DNA from: an uncultured Clostridia bacterium
GTDB lineage: Bacteria; Bacillota; Clostridia; Christensenellales; UBA1750
Direction of reading: 5' to 3'
Assembly (NCBI GenBank): GCA_947625765.1
Contig: CANQPP010000009.1
Coordinates: forward strand, 2,835 to 66,834
DNA length: 64,000 bases
A program made the position numbers and the translations under genes. Under the pieces are notes generated by a model. It was not told the DNA's origin and did not search any database. It saw only the letters and a program-made list of their open reading frames with translations. This document shows positions 36,070 through 44,599 of the stretch, one piece after another (position 1 is the first letter of the stretch; the number at the start of each line of letters is the position of its first letter).

Positions 36070-36113
36070 CGAAGCCCTGAACGCCCCGGCGGGCCTTCGG
36101 GGCTTCTCTTTTT
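36070..36113 (+). terminator. terminator after the TVP38 gene
   Basis: GC-rich hairpin gaagccc...gggcttc (36071-36077 with 36100-36106), followed by TCTTTTT. Confidence 0.6.
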
Positions 36114-36169
36114 GGCGCGTCTTTCTTTGGAAAGAAGGACGAGGTTGTGTTTTTTCTTTCCAGCCTTTA

Positions 36170-36272
36170 AAATATCCTTGATAACGGTTAAGGAAAGGAG
36201 CGTCGCGCTTTATGCTCAAATATCCGTTAGCTCAGTAGTCTGGGCTTAAAATCAAATATCCCTTAAGCTCAG
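36170..36272 (+). promoter_or_regulatory. threefold AAATATCC motif, including a ~20-nt imperfect direct repeat
   Basis: AAATATCC occurs at 36170-36177, 36218-36225 and 36254-36261. CAAATATCCGTTAGCTCAG (36217-36235) matches CAAATATCCCTTAAGCTCAG (36253-36272). The array is directly upstream of the ATG at 36305. Confidence 0.5.
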
Positions 36273-36304
36273 ACGGATCCCCGGAAAAAGACAAGGAGGA
36301 TCAC

Positions 36305-36580
36305 ATGAGCTATGTCCGGGCGGAGGAAGTTCTGCCCAAAGAGCTGGTCGAGGCGATCCAGCGGTACGTAAGCGGCAAGAGCGTCTACATCCCCTGCAGG
36401 CAGAAGAAGAGCTGGGGCAGCCAGAACAAGACGCGGCAGTATTACCGGGCCCGCAACGCCGAGATCGAGGAAAAGCGCCGACAAGGCGCGAGCATCCGGG
36501 CGCTGGCCGCGGAATACGCGCTCAGTGAAAAGAGCATCCAGCGCATACTGCATGAGGCGCGCGCGTCCAAGGCCCCGTGA
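36305..36580 (+). CDS. small HTH protein (recalls the 'CD3324 family' / Mor-like small regulators)
   Basis: MSYVRAEEVLPKELVEAIQRYVSGKSVYIP... with a C-terminal HTH IRALAAEYALSEKSIQRIL. AAGGAGGA lies upstream. The family name is from memory and was not searched. Confidence 0.65.
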   Translation: MSYVRAEEVLPKELVEAIQRYVSGKSVYIPCRQKKSWGSQNKTRQYYRARNAEIEEKRRQGASIRALAAEYALSEKSIQRILHEARASKAP

Positions 36581-36873
36581 GCGCGCAGGCCCCGCATATT
36601 TTCCGCCGCTGCGGGAAGTGCGGGCGGAAAATGGAGTTCCTAAACTCCGGGAAGTTCCGTGTCAACTTTAACGGCGGCCGCATGGACGTGTGGCTCATCT
36701 TCCGCTGCAAGAAGTGCAGGCACAGCTGGAACCTGCCCATCCATGAGCGCGTGAAGCGGACATATCTTCCGCCAGAAGAACTGGAACATTTCCTGCAAAA
36801 CGACCCAGAATGGGCCCAAAAATACGGCGGCGACCCCGTGCTCCTCAAGCGGAACGGGGCCGAGATACACTAA
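36577..36873 (+). CDS. zinc-ribbon protein, DUF1062-like
   Basis: GTG start overlaps the upstream TGA (GTGA). CGKCGRK...FRVNFNGGRMDVWLIFRCKKCRHSWN gives a CxxC...CxxC ribbon. 98 aa, which may be shorter than typical family members. The family name is from memory. Confidence 0.6.
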   Translation: MSAQAPHIFRRCGKCGRKMEFLNSGKFRVNFNGGRMDVWLIFRCKKCRHSWNLPIHERVKRTYLPPEELEHFLQNDPEWAQKYGGDPVLLKRNGAEIH

Positions 36874-36898
36874 CTTTCACATGCTCTCAGTGCACCGA

Positions 36899-36940
36899 GA
36901 AGCGCCCCGGCGGGAAAAGCCGGGGCGCTTTCCCATTTCG
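36899..36940 (+). terminator. rho-independent terminator
   Basis: agcgccccggc (36901-36911) pairs with gccggggcgct (36919-36929), then a T-rich tract. Confidence 0.75.
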
Positions 36941-37003
36941 GCGCGAGCGGTGGACTTACTCCCTTTGGGATGCTATACTACATACTATCGAGCGAGGCGG
37001 AAG

Positions 37004-37504
37004 ATGAACATCGAATTGGTGGGCCTGACGGAAGAAAATCTGAATGAGTGCCTTCGGCTGAAGGTCGCAGAGGAACAGACACAGTACATCGCCTCCAACG
37101 AGGACTCCTGGAAAACGGCGCAGGAAAACAGGGAGGTCGCGCGCCCCTTTTTGATCTGCCGCGACCGCAAAGCGGTGGGCTTTGCCATGTTCGCCTTCGA
37201 TGAGGACTACGAAGACCCCGGCGACCGATACTGGCTGTGGAGGTTCATGATCGACGAGCGCTTTCAGGGAAAAGGGATCGGAACGGCGGCCCTTCGGGAG
37301 ATCATCCGCTATTTTCGGGAACACGGCGCCGACCACATCCGTTTATCCACCAAGGAGACCAACGCGGCCGCGCTGTCCCTGTACCGCAGGGCGGGCTTTT
37401 GCGAAACGGGGGAAATGAACGGCGGGGAGATCGTGCTCGCGCTGCGTTTACAGCCCCGTCTTTTCACGGGGCCCGTGCAGGGCGGCCGCCCGAAACAACT
37501 ATGA
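37004..37504 (+). CDS. GNAT family N-acetyltransferase (diamine/spermidine acetyltransferase-like)
   Basis: Motifs LKVAEEQTQYIASN and WLWRFMIDERFQGKGIGTAAL. 166 aa. Confidence 0.8.
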   Translation: MNIELVGLTEENLNECLRLKVAEEQTQYIASNEDSWKTAQENREVARPFLICRDRKAVGFAMFAFDEDYEDPGDRYWLWRFMIDERFQGKGIGTAALREIIRYFREHGADHIRLSTKETNAAALSLYRRAGFCETGEMNGGEIVLALRLQPRLFTGPVQGGRPKQL

Positions 37505-37523
37505 CAGCAAGAGGGGGTAAAAC

Positions 37524-38189
37524 ATGAACAAGGAATGGTCGGCTCTCAACAAGGAGATGCAGGCACAACTCAAGAAGAAGGAGAGCTACCAGGCGGGCTT
37601 GGGGACACTGTTCGAGCTGCGCGCCCGCCTGATGCAGACGCTCCTCTCCTTCAGGGAGCAGCTGCGCCGGGAGGACTTTAACGCGATGCCCTACATGAAC
37701 GCCGACGGCTACCACAGCAAGACCATCGCCTATTCCGTCTGGCACATCTTCCGCATCGAGGACATCGTCGCCCACACGCTGATCCGCGGCGACGAGCAGG
37801 TCTTTTTCGCGTGCGGGTACAAGGAGCGCACCCGCTCGCCCATCGTCACGACGGGGAACGAGCTTAAAGGGACGCAGATCGCGGACTTCTCCCGGCAGCT
37901 CGATCTGGACGAGCTGTATTCCTACATTTCGGAAGTGCGAAGGAGCACCGAGGACCTGCTGCAGGGGCTGTCCTTCGAGGACCTTAAACGACCGATACCG
38001 CCGGAGAGAAAAGAACGGCTGGAGTCGCTGAACGTGGTCAGCCGCGACGAAGAAGCCTTCTGGCTGATCGACTACTGGTGCAAAAGGGACGTCCGCGGGC
38101 TCATCCAGATGCCCTTTTCCCGGCATTGGATCATGCACACGGAGGCCTGCCTTCGTATCCAAAGCAAGCTGCATCCACAACAGGCCTAA
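37524..38189 (+). CDS. DinB-like helical-bundle protein (tentative)
   Basis: 221 aa. The His-containing helices YHSKTIAYSVWHIFRIEDIVAH and FSRHWIMHTEA suggest the DinB superfamily. It starts 20 nt after the GNAT stop. Confidence 0.55.
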   Translation: MNKEWSALNKEMQAQLKKKESYQAGLGTLFELRARLMQTLLSFREQLRREDFNAMPYMNADGYHSKTIAYSVWHIFRIEDIVAHTLIRGDEQVFFACGYKERTRSPIVTTGNELKGTQIADFSRQLDLDELYSYISEVRRSTEDLLQGLSFEDLKRPIPPERKERLESLNVVSRDEEAFWLIDYWCKRDVRGLIQMPFSRHWIMHTEACLRIQSKLHPQQA

Positions 38190-38216
38190 AGCCAACGGTG
38201 GAAAGGAGTTCTCCCG

Positions 38217-38702
38217 ATGAAAAGGGCCGCGGCGCTTCTCTTATGTGTGATCCTACTGACATCCGTCCTCACGGCCTGCGGGGCCCGCGGCGAGGCGGCC
38301 GGAGCGCTGGGCCTCGACCTGTCCAAAGGGGAGGAAATTTCAAGCTACGACACCCACGGCGGCTTTCACGGGGACGGGGCCAGCTGCGTCGCGTACCGCT
38401 TCGAGGACGACGCCGTTCTAAAGGAGATCGAGGCTTCTTCCCGGTGGAGCGCGTTTCCCCTGGACGATACGGCGCGGGCGCTGGTCTACGGCCTGTCCAA
38501 CGGGACGAGCCAGATCGGGCCCATGCTGAACGACGAGCAGGGAGAGCCCCTCGTCCCGCAGATCGAAAACGGCTATTACCTGCTGATCGACAGGCAGACG
38601 GACGCGGAGGGGGATATGCTGGACAGATACTCCTTCAACTTCACGTTGGGGCTGTACGACATCGACGCCCGGACGCTCTATTACTGTAAGCTGGACACCT
38701 GA
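38217..38702 (+). CDS. hypothetical lipoprotein
   Basis: Lipobox LTSVLTACGARG. 161 aa. AAGGAG lies upstream. Confidence 0.7.
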   Translation: MKRAAALLLCVILLTSVLTACGARGEAAGALGLDLSKGEEISSYDTHGGFHGDGASCVAYRFEDDAVLKEIEASSRWSAFPLDDTARALVYGLSNGTSQIGPMLNDEQGEPLVPQIENGYYLLIDRQTDAEGDMLDRYSFNFTLGLYDIDARTLYYCKLDT

Positions 38703-38736
38703 CGCACGAACCAAACGCCGCAAAAGGCAAAATCAA

Positions 38737-38786
38737 GCCCCCGCATTCTCTCCATTTTCAGAGAACGCGGGGGCCTTTTCTATTTC
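38737..38786. terminator. bidirectional terminator
   Basis: gcccccgcattctc (38737-38750) pairs with gagaacgcgggggc (38761-38774) with one mismatch. T runs flank both strands. It lies between convergent genes. Confidence 0.8.
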
Positions 38787-38796
38787 GGTTAAGCGT

Positions 38797-40029
38797 TTAC
38801 GGCCTGTGCCGGGCGGAGAGCTCGGCGTAGATGTCGTCCAGCGTCAGTCCCTCGCTGGCCAGCAGCACCAGCAGGTGGTAGACGAGGTCCGACGCCTCGA
38901 AGGCGATCTCGTCGCGGCTGTGGTTCTTGGCGGCGATGAGCGTTTCCGCGGCCTCCTCCACCAGCTTCTTGCCGATCTTGTCAACGCCCTTGTTCAGCAG
39001 GCTGTTGGTGTAGGAGCCCTCCTTCGGGTGGTCGCGCCTCTCCAGGATCAGGTCATACACCCTCTGCAGGATGGCCGCGCCCTCGCCGGAATTGCGCTCG
39101 CCGCTCAAGGACTTAAGGCTGCGGTAAAAGCAGCTGGTGTGTCCCGTGTGGCAGGCGGGGCCGCTCTGTTCGACCTTCAAAAGCAGCGTGTCGCCGTCGC
39201 AGTCGTAGAGCAGTTCGCGCACCTTCTGCGTGTGGCCGGAGCTTTCCCCCTTCTTCCACAGGCGCTGCCGGGAGCGGGAGAAGTACGTGGCGTAGCCGGT
39301 CTCCAGCGTCAGGCGCAGGGACTCCTCGTTCATGTAGGCCAGCATCAGCACGCCGCCCGTGAAGGCGTCCTGGGCGATGGCCGGGACCAGGCCGCGCTCG
39401 TCGAAGCGCACCACGGACAGGTCGAAGCCCGCCGCCTTCCACTGAATACCCGCCTCTTCCAGCGCCTTCTTGACGAGCGGCACGTCGCCCGCGTTCACCA
39501 TAAGGCCCTCCGCGCCGGCGTTTGCCGCCTTCAGGGCTTCCTCTGCGCCGCGCCCGCGCAGGTCCGCGGTCCAGGGCAGCTCCCATCCCGCTTCCCAGCT
39601 CTCCCCCTCGGGCAGACGCAGCAGCAGCTCGCCCGCGCCCTGTTCCTTGAGGTAGTCGGCCCACTCGGCGGCCGTCTTTCCCGCGGGCGCGCCGCTTTCA
39701 TCCAGCAGGGCCAAAGCGCCCTCCCGCCGCGCGGCCCGCAAAAGGCCCCACGTCCGCGCGGGGCCGAGCTTGTAGCTCACCCGGCGCACGAGCTCCGCAT
39801 TCGTCAGGGCTTCCGCGCCCACGGCCACGCGCTCCGCGCCCGCGTTTTCGGCCCTTTCCGCGTCGTCCAGGGAGGCGATCTTTCCAAGGTACAGGGGCTT
39901 TAAGCCCATTTCCCGCGTGGGACAAAGCAGGGATATCTCGTCCACGGCCGCCTCAAAGACGCCCTTTTCCTTCAGGCCTTCCAGCTCCTTTTCCTCCCCG
40001 ACCCACGCGATCAGGCGCTTCTTCGTCAT
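38797..40029 (-). CDS. hisI: bifunctional phosphoribosyl-AMP cyclohydrolase / phosphoribosyl-ATP diphosphatase (HisIE) with an N-terminal degenerate HisF-like domain
   Basis: The C-terminal ~205 aa are HisI and HisE: GLVPAIAQD...[11 protein letters not shown]...[18 protein letters not shown]...CDGDTLL...ACHTG (HisI) plus SYTNSLL...KKLVEEAAE...[12 protein letters not shown] (HisE). The N-terminal ~200 aa are described in findings. The ATG overlaps the hisA stop. Confidence 0.85.
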   Translation of the reverse strand: MTKKRLIAWVGEEKELEGLKEKGVFEAAVDEISLLCPTREMGLKPLYLGKIASLDDAERAENAGAERVAVGAEALTNAELVRRVSYKLGPARTWGLLRAARREGALALLDESGAPAGKTAAEWADYLKEQGAGELLLRLPEGESWEAGWELPWTADLRGRGAEEALKAANAGAEGLMVNAGDVPLVKKALEEAGIQWKAAGFDLSVVRFDERGLVPAIAQDAFTGGVLMLAYMNEESLRLTLETGYATYFSRSRQRLWKKGESSGHTQKVRELLYDCDGDTLLLKVEQSGPACHTGHTSCFYRSLKSLSGERNSGEGAAILQRVYDLILERRDHPKEGSYTNSLLNKGVDKIGKKLVEEAAETLIAAKNHSRDEIAFEASDLVYHLLVLLASEGLTLDDIYAELSARHRP

Positions 40030-40742
40030 GCTTCCTCTCCTCCGATCTTGAGCGCTTCCCGCAGGGTGAAGCGGCCCGCGTACAGGGCCTTGCCCACCAC
40101 CGCGCCCGCGCAGCCGGCGTCCTTCAAGGCCTTGAGGTCCGCAAGCGCCCCGATGCCGCCGGAGCCGATCACCGACAGGCCGGTCTTTGCGATGAGCTCC
40201 GCCGTCCTCTCCACGTTCGGGCCCTGCAGGGTGCCGTCCCGGGCGATGTCCGTATAGATGACCGTCTGCACGCCCGCGTCCCTCATGCGCAGGCCCAGCT
40301 CCACGGCCGTCACGTCGGAGAGCTGCGCCCAGCCGCGCACCGCGACACGGCCGTCCCTGGCGTCGATGCCGCAGACCACCCGGTCCGGATATTGCCTGCA
40401 GGCCTCCCGCACCAGCTCCGGGTCCTCCAGGGCCGCCGTGCCCAGGATCACCCTCGTGACGCCCGCCTCCAGGCGCAGCCCGATATCCTGCAGGCTGCGG
40501 ATGCCGCCGCCCAGCTGCACGGGCAGGCCGCGCGCACAGATCGCGCGCACGGCGGTCAGGTTCTTCTCCCGGCCCGCGAAGGCGCCGTCCAGGTCGACCA
40601 CGTGCAGGAAGGAAGCGCCCTGCTCCTTCCAGCGGCGGGCGTTGTCCGCGGGGTCGCCGTATTCCGTGCTCCTATCCATCTCGCCCTGGTAGAGCCGCAC
40701 CGCGCGGCCGCCCTTGATGTCGATGGCGGGATAAATGCGCAT
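40026..40742 (-). CDS. hisA: ProFAR isomerase HisA
   Basis: [20 protein letters not shown]...HVVDLDGA...GGGIRS. 238 aa. Confidence 0.92.
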   Translation of the reverse strand: MRIYPAIDIKGGRAVRLYQGEMDRSTEYGDPADNARRWKEQGASFLHVVDLDGAFAGREKNLTAVRAICARGLPVQLGGGIRSLQDIGLRLEAGVTRVILGTAALEDPELVREACRQYPDRVVCGIDARDGRVAVRGWAQLSDVTAVELGLRMRDAGVQTVIYTDIARDGTLQGPNVERTAELIAKTGLSVIGSGGIGALADLKALKDAGCAGAVVGKALYAGRFTLREALKIGGEEA

Positions 40743-40754
40743 CTGCCTGCCCCC

Positions 40755-41342
40755 TTACAGAACGCCCTTGGTCGAGGGCACGCCCTTGACCCGTGGGTCG
40801 ATGGCCACACCCTCACGCAGCGCGCGGCCGAAGGCCTTGAACAGCGCCTCCAGCATATGGTGGGAGTTTTCCCCCGTGACCTTTAGGTGCACAGTCAGCC
40901 CCGCGTTCACCGCCACGGCCCGGAAGAACTCCTGGGCCAGCTCGGTGTCGAAGGACCCGCAGCGCTCCGTGGGGAAGCGGGCGTCGAAGGCAAGATAGGG
41001 CCGCTGGGAAACATCCAGCGCGCAGAAGGCCAGGCTCTCGTCCATGGGCAGCCAGCAGGAGCCCACGCGTCTTAAGCCCGCCTTATCGCCCAAAGCCTTT
41101 GCGATGGCCTGCCCCAGAACGATGCCGCAGTCCTCCACGCTGTGGTGGCCGTCCACCTGCAAATCCCCCGCGCAGGAAAGCGTTAAGTCGAACAGGCCGT
41201 GCCGCGCAAAGGCGGAGAGCATGTGGTCGAAAAAGGCGATGCCGGTGTTCAGAGAAGCCTTTCCCTCGCCGTCCAAGCAGAGGGAACAGGAAATGTCGGT
41301 CTCCAGCGTCCGGCGCTGGACGGCGGCGCTGCGCTTGGTCAT
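40755..41342 (-). CDS. hisB: imidazoleglycerol-phosphate dehydratase
   Basis: RRTLETDI...GIAFFDHML...GDLQVDGHHSVED...GENSHHMLEALFKAFGRAL. Start ATG at 41342. The rest of listed ORF 40755..41711 overlaps hisD and is an artefact. Confidence 0.93.
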   Translation of the reverse strand: MTKRSAAVQRRTLETDISCSLCLDGEGKASLNTGIAFFDHMLSAFARHGLFDLTLSCAGDLQVDGHHSVEDCGIVLGQAIAKALGDKAGLRRVGSCWLPMDESLAFCALDVSQRPYLAFDARFPTERCGSFDTELAQEFFRAVAVNAGLTVHLKVTGENSHHMLEALFKAFGRALREGVAIDPRVKGVPSTKGVL

Positions 41343-42634
41343 GTTTCTTCCTCCTCCAGGCGGATCAGTGCGCTGCGGGCGTGGGCCTCCAGCTCCTCGG
41401 CCCTGGCGAAGCGGCCGATGTCGCGGCTCACATCCAGCAGCCTGTCCCTGCTGTAATAGATCACGGAGCTGCGCTTGATGAAGTCCTGCACGGACAAGGG
41501 CGAGAAGAACCGCGCCGTGCCGGAGGTGGGCAGCACGTGGTTGGGCCCGGCGAAGTAATCGCCCAAAGGCTCCGGGGAATAGTGCCCCAAGAAGCAGGCT
41601 CCGGCGTTCTCCACGCGGTCCAGGCAGGCGAAGGGGTCCCGCACGCACAGCTCCAGGTGCTCCGGGGCCACGGCGTTGGCCGTCTGCAAGCAGTGGTCGA
41701 GGTCCTCGCATAGAAGCACGGTGCCGTAGCTCGTGAGCGACTGCCCCGCGATGTCCTTCCGCGGCAGGCCGGAGAGCTGCTTTTCCAGCTCAGCCTGCAC
41801 CTCCTCCGCCAGGGCGCGGCTGTCCGTCACCAGGATGGCCGCGGCCAGGCGGTCGTGCTCGGCCTGGGAGAGCAGGTCCGCCGCCACGTAGCGCGGCCGG
41901 GCGCTGTCGTCCGCCACCACCAAAACCTCCGAGGGTCCGGCCACCATGTCGATGCCCACGTGCCCGTACACCTCGCGCTTGGCGTTGGCCACGTAGATGT
42001 TGCCAGGGCCCACGATCTTGTCCACCTTCTGGACGCTCTGCGTCCCAAAGGCCAGCGCGCCCACCGCCTGGGCCCCGCCCACGCGCAGCACCTCGCGGAT
42101 GCCGCACTCCGCGGCGGCCACCAAAGTGTAGGGGTTCACGCTGCCGTCCCTGCCCGGAGGCGTGGCCATCACGATGCGCTTGACGCCCGCCACCTTGGCC
42201 GGCAGGGCGCACATGAGCACCGAGGAGGACAGCGGCGCGCTGCCGCCGGGCACGTACACGCCCACGCTGTTGAGCGGCCGGATCAGCTGGCCCAGCGCCG
42301 CGCCGGGCTCGAAGTCGATCCAGGTCTTCTCCTTCTGCTTTTCGTGGAAGGATACGATGTTTTGAAGGCTCTTTCGTAAAACGGGTAGAAAGTCTGGGTC
42401 CACCTTGTCATAGGCGGCCTGGATCTCCTCCTCCGGGACGAACAGGCCCTTGTTTTCCAGATCCGCGCCGTCAAAGCGCATCGTGTAGTCGAGCAGGGCC
42501 TGATCGCCCTTCTGACGCACGTCGTTTAAAATGCTGCGGACGCTTATCCGTACGCTCTCCACGTCCAGCTGGCTGCGGCGGCCGACGCGCTCGGGCAGGG
42601 CGTCGCCGCGCTTGAGTGTATAAATGGGGATCAT
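41339..42634 (-). CDS. hisD: histidinol dehydrogenase
   Basis: 431 aa from MIPIYTLK.... Motifs VGVYVPGG.APL.SSVLM and AGPSEVLVVAD...AQAEHD. Overlaps the hisG stop and the hisB start. Confidence 0.93.
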   Translation of the reverse strand: MIPIYTLKRGDALPERVGRRSQLDVESVRISVRSILNDVRQKGDQALLDYTMRFDGADLENKGLFVPEEEIQAAYDKVDPDFLPVLRKSLQNIVSFHEKQKEKTWIDFEPGAALGQLIRPLNSVGVYVPGGSAPLSSSVLMCALPAKVAGVKRIVMATPPGRDGSVNPYTLVAAAECGIREVLRVGGAQAVGALAFGTQSVQKVDKIVGPGNIYVANAKREVYGHVGIDMVAGPSEVLVVADDSARPRYVAADLLSQAEHDRLAAAILVTDSRALAEEVQAELEKQLSGLPRKDIAGQSLTSYGTVLLCEDLDHCLQTANAVAPEHLELCVRDPFACLDRVENAGACFLGHYSPEPLGDYFAGPNHVLPTSGTARFFSPLSVQDFIKRSSVIYYSRDRLLDVSRDIGRFARAEELEAHARSALIRLEEEET

Positions 42635-43272
42635 TTCTCTTTCCTTTCCTCCTTCAGCGCCGCGCGCAGCCCCTCCACCAGGGGACGGATGGCGCTCTCC
42701 TTGGTCTTGAGGCTCACGCGGTTCACCACCAGCCGGGCGCTGACGGGGCAGATCTCCTCCAAAACGCACAGGCCGTTGGCCTTGAGCGTCGCGCCGCTTT
42801 CCACGATGTCCAAAATCACGTCGGACAGGCCCACCAGCGGGCCCAGCTCCACGGAACCGTTCAAACGGATGATCTCGATGGTGGAGCCCCTTTGGGCGAA
42901 CACCTCCGCGGCGATGCGCGGATACTTGGTGGCCACGCGCAGGTGGCGGTCGTTGAGCGAGGTGCCCGGCCTGCCCGCCACGCACAGGCGGCAGGCGCCA
43001 AATCCTAAGTCCAGCATCTCGTACAAGGGGCGGTTCTCCTCCATCAGCGTGTCCTTGCCCACCACGCCCACGTCCGCTACGCCGTGGTCCACGTAGGTGG
43101 GCACGTCGCTGGGCTTGACCAGCAGGAAGCGACAGCCGTCCGGCCCGTCGAACACCAGCCTGCGTCCCTGCTCCCGCAGAACGCCGCAGTCGATGCCCTG
43201 CCCTTCCAGCAGCTCCACGGCCTTGTTCGCCAGGCGGCCCTTGGCCAGGGCGAATGTCACGGCCTTATCCAT
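42631..43272 (-). CDS. hisG: ATP phosphoribosyltransferase, short (HisZ-dependent) form
   Basis: 213 aa. Motifs FALAKGRL...VKPSDVPTYV..G.ADVG and DIVESGATLKANGL. Confidence 0.92.
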   Translation of the reverse strand: MDKAVTFALAKGRLANKAVELLEGQGIDCGVLREQGRRLVFDGPDGCRFLLVKPSDVPTYVDHGVADVGVVGKDTLMEENRPLYEMLDLGFGACRLCVAGRPGTSLNDRHLRVATKYPRIAAEVFAQRGSTIEIIRLNGSVELGPLVGLSDVILDIVESGATLKANGLCVLEEICPVSARLVVNRVSLKTKESAIRPLVEGLRAALKEERKEK

Positions 43273-44455
43273 TTGTTTTGGCCACCTCCCCGCCCAGGAT
43301 CAGCTTTTGAGCGCCGCGGCTCCGCGCACGCCTTTCGGCTTCTTCCTTATCTTTCGCATAATAGAGCTCCACCCGCAGGCCTTTGGAGCGCATCTGCTCG
43401 CAGCGTTTGAGCGTCTCCTCCATGGGCTCGTCCAGCGGCGCGTAGAGCACGTCCAGCGAGGGCTCCGGCTCCTGCGCGCCCTGGGCCTTGAGGGCCGAAA
43501 GCAGGTGCTCGATCCCCAACGCGAAGCCCGTTGCCGGCATGGGCCTGCCGTACTCGGCCAGCAGGTCGTCGTACCTGCCGCCGGAGAGCAGCGGCTGGCC
43601 GAAGCCCGCGGCCAGGCCCCGGAACACAACGCCCGTGTAATACCCCAGCCCGCGCACAAGGCCCAGGTCGATGCTCACCCTGTCCTTCCAGCCGCTGCGG
43701 CAGAGGATGCCGTAGACCTGCTCGAGGTTGTCAAGCGCCTCCATGCAGCGCCTGCTGCCGCTCAAGCGGCGGGCGCGCTCCAGCACCTCGCCGCCGCCAA
43801 AGAGCATGGGCAGCTCCATCAGCCTCTCCAGCACCCGGCCGGAGAGCCCCCTCTCCCGCAGCAGCAGCTCGATGGCCAGGGAGTTCTTCTGCTCGGCTAA
43901 AGGCCGCAGCTCCTGGATGGCGGGGGCGTCCAGCCCTGCTTCCTCCATCAGCCCCTGGAAGAACTGCACCTGCCCAAGCTCCAGCACGCAGTCGGGCAGG
44001 CCCGCCTTTTCCAAGCAGCGCAGGGCCAGCAGGATCACCTCCGCGTCGGCGCGGGGGTCATTTTCGCCCATCAGCTCCACGCCCGCCTGTGTGAACTCCG
44101 CCCGCTTCTGGGCGCTGGCCTCGGCGGGGTTGCGGTAGGCGGAGCCCAGGTAGCACAGCCGCAGGGGCGGCGTCTCATCCCGCAGGCGCGTGGCCGCCAG
44201 GCGGGCCAGCGGCGCGGTGAACTCCGGCCGCAGCGCCAAAATGCGCCCCTGGCTGTCGAAGCTCTTGAGCAGGTCCCTCTGGTCCCGCGCGCCGGAGCCG
44301 AAGGCGTAGTTGTCGTACAGGTCCAGCCCGGCGGGCAGCACCTCGTCGAAGCCCCACAGGGAGAACTCCTCCCGAATTTCCCCCTCCAGGGCGCGGCGCA
44401 GGCTCAGCTCCCCGCTGAGCGTATCGCCCACCAGATCCGGCAGCAAAAAGCGCAT
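43265..44455 (-). CDS. hisZ: ATP phosphoribosyltransferase regulatory subunit
   Basis: HisRS-paralogue sequence (FRPEFTAPLAR..., YLGSAYRNP) without an anticodon-binding domain. It sits directly upstream of, and overlaps, the short-form hisG. Confidence 0.88.
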   Translation of the reverse strand: MRFLLPDLVGDTLSGELSLRRALEGEIREEFSLWGFDEVLPAGLDLYDNYAFGSGARDQRDLLKSFDSQGRILALRPEFTAPLARLAATRLRDETPPLRLCYLGSAYRNPAEASAQKRAEFTQAGVELMGENDPRADAEVILLALRCLEKAGLPDCVLELGQVQFFQGLMEEAGLDAPAIQELRPLAEQKNSLAIELLLRERGLSGRVLERLMELPMLFGGGEVLERARRLSGSRRCMEALDNLEQVYGILCRSGWKDRVSIDLGLVRGLGYYTGVVFRGLAAGFGQPLLSGGRYDDLLAEYGRPMPATGFALGIEHLLSALKAQGAQEPEPSLDVLYAPLDEPMEETLKRCEQMRSKGLRVELYYAKDKEEAERRARSRGAQKLILGGEVAKTNG

Positions 44456-44549
44456 CGTCTTCCGCTCCTTCCCATTCTATCCGTCCAGATCGGTCTCTTT
44501 ATCGTAATGCTGCATCATTGTGCTAAAGCGCTAAAAACCGTTGGTGTTC

Positions 44550-44578
44550 AGTATACGCCCCTTCGCGCCGCCTGTCAA
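44550..44578 (-). promoter_or_regulatory. candidate sigma-A promoter of the his operon
   Basis: Minus strand reads TTGACA (44573-44578), a 17-nt spacer, then TATACT (44550-44555), about 90 nt upstream of the hisZ ATG. Confidence 0.6.
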
Positions 44579-44599
44579 GGGGCATGGTCGGGTTTTTTC

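Noticed and set aside
36221-36245. tRNA-like string GTTAGCTCAGTAGTCTGGGC, resembling a D-arm.
   Set aside because: The D-stem cannot close (GCTC versus GGGC). No acceptor stem, anticodon arm or T-arm (GTTCGAATC-like) follows. It is part of the AAATATCC direct repeat.
41343-41711. N-terminal extensions in the ORF track: hisB to 41711, hisD to 42985, the UgtP-like gene to 19464, the cysteine desulfurase to 61511, the DUF3343 gene from 60750, nth from 61537, and others.
   Set aside because: The extensions overlap the preceding gene, are Arg/Pro/Gly-rich, and precede an internal ATG that has an SD and matches the canonical family N-terminus.
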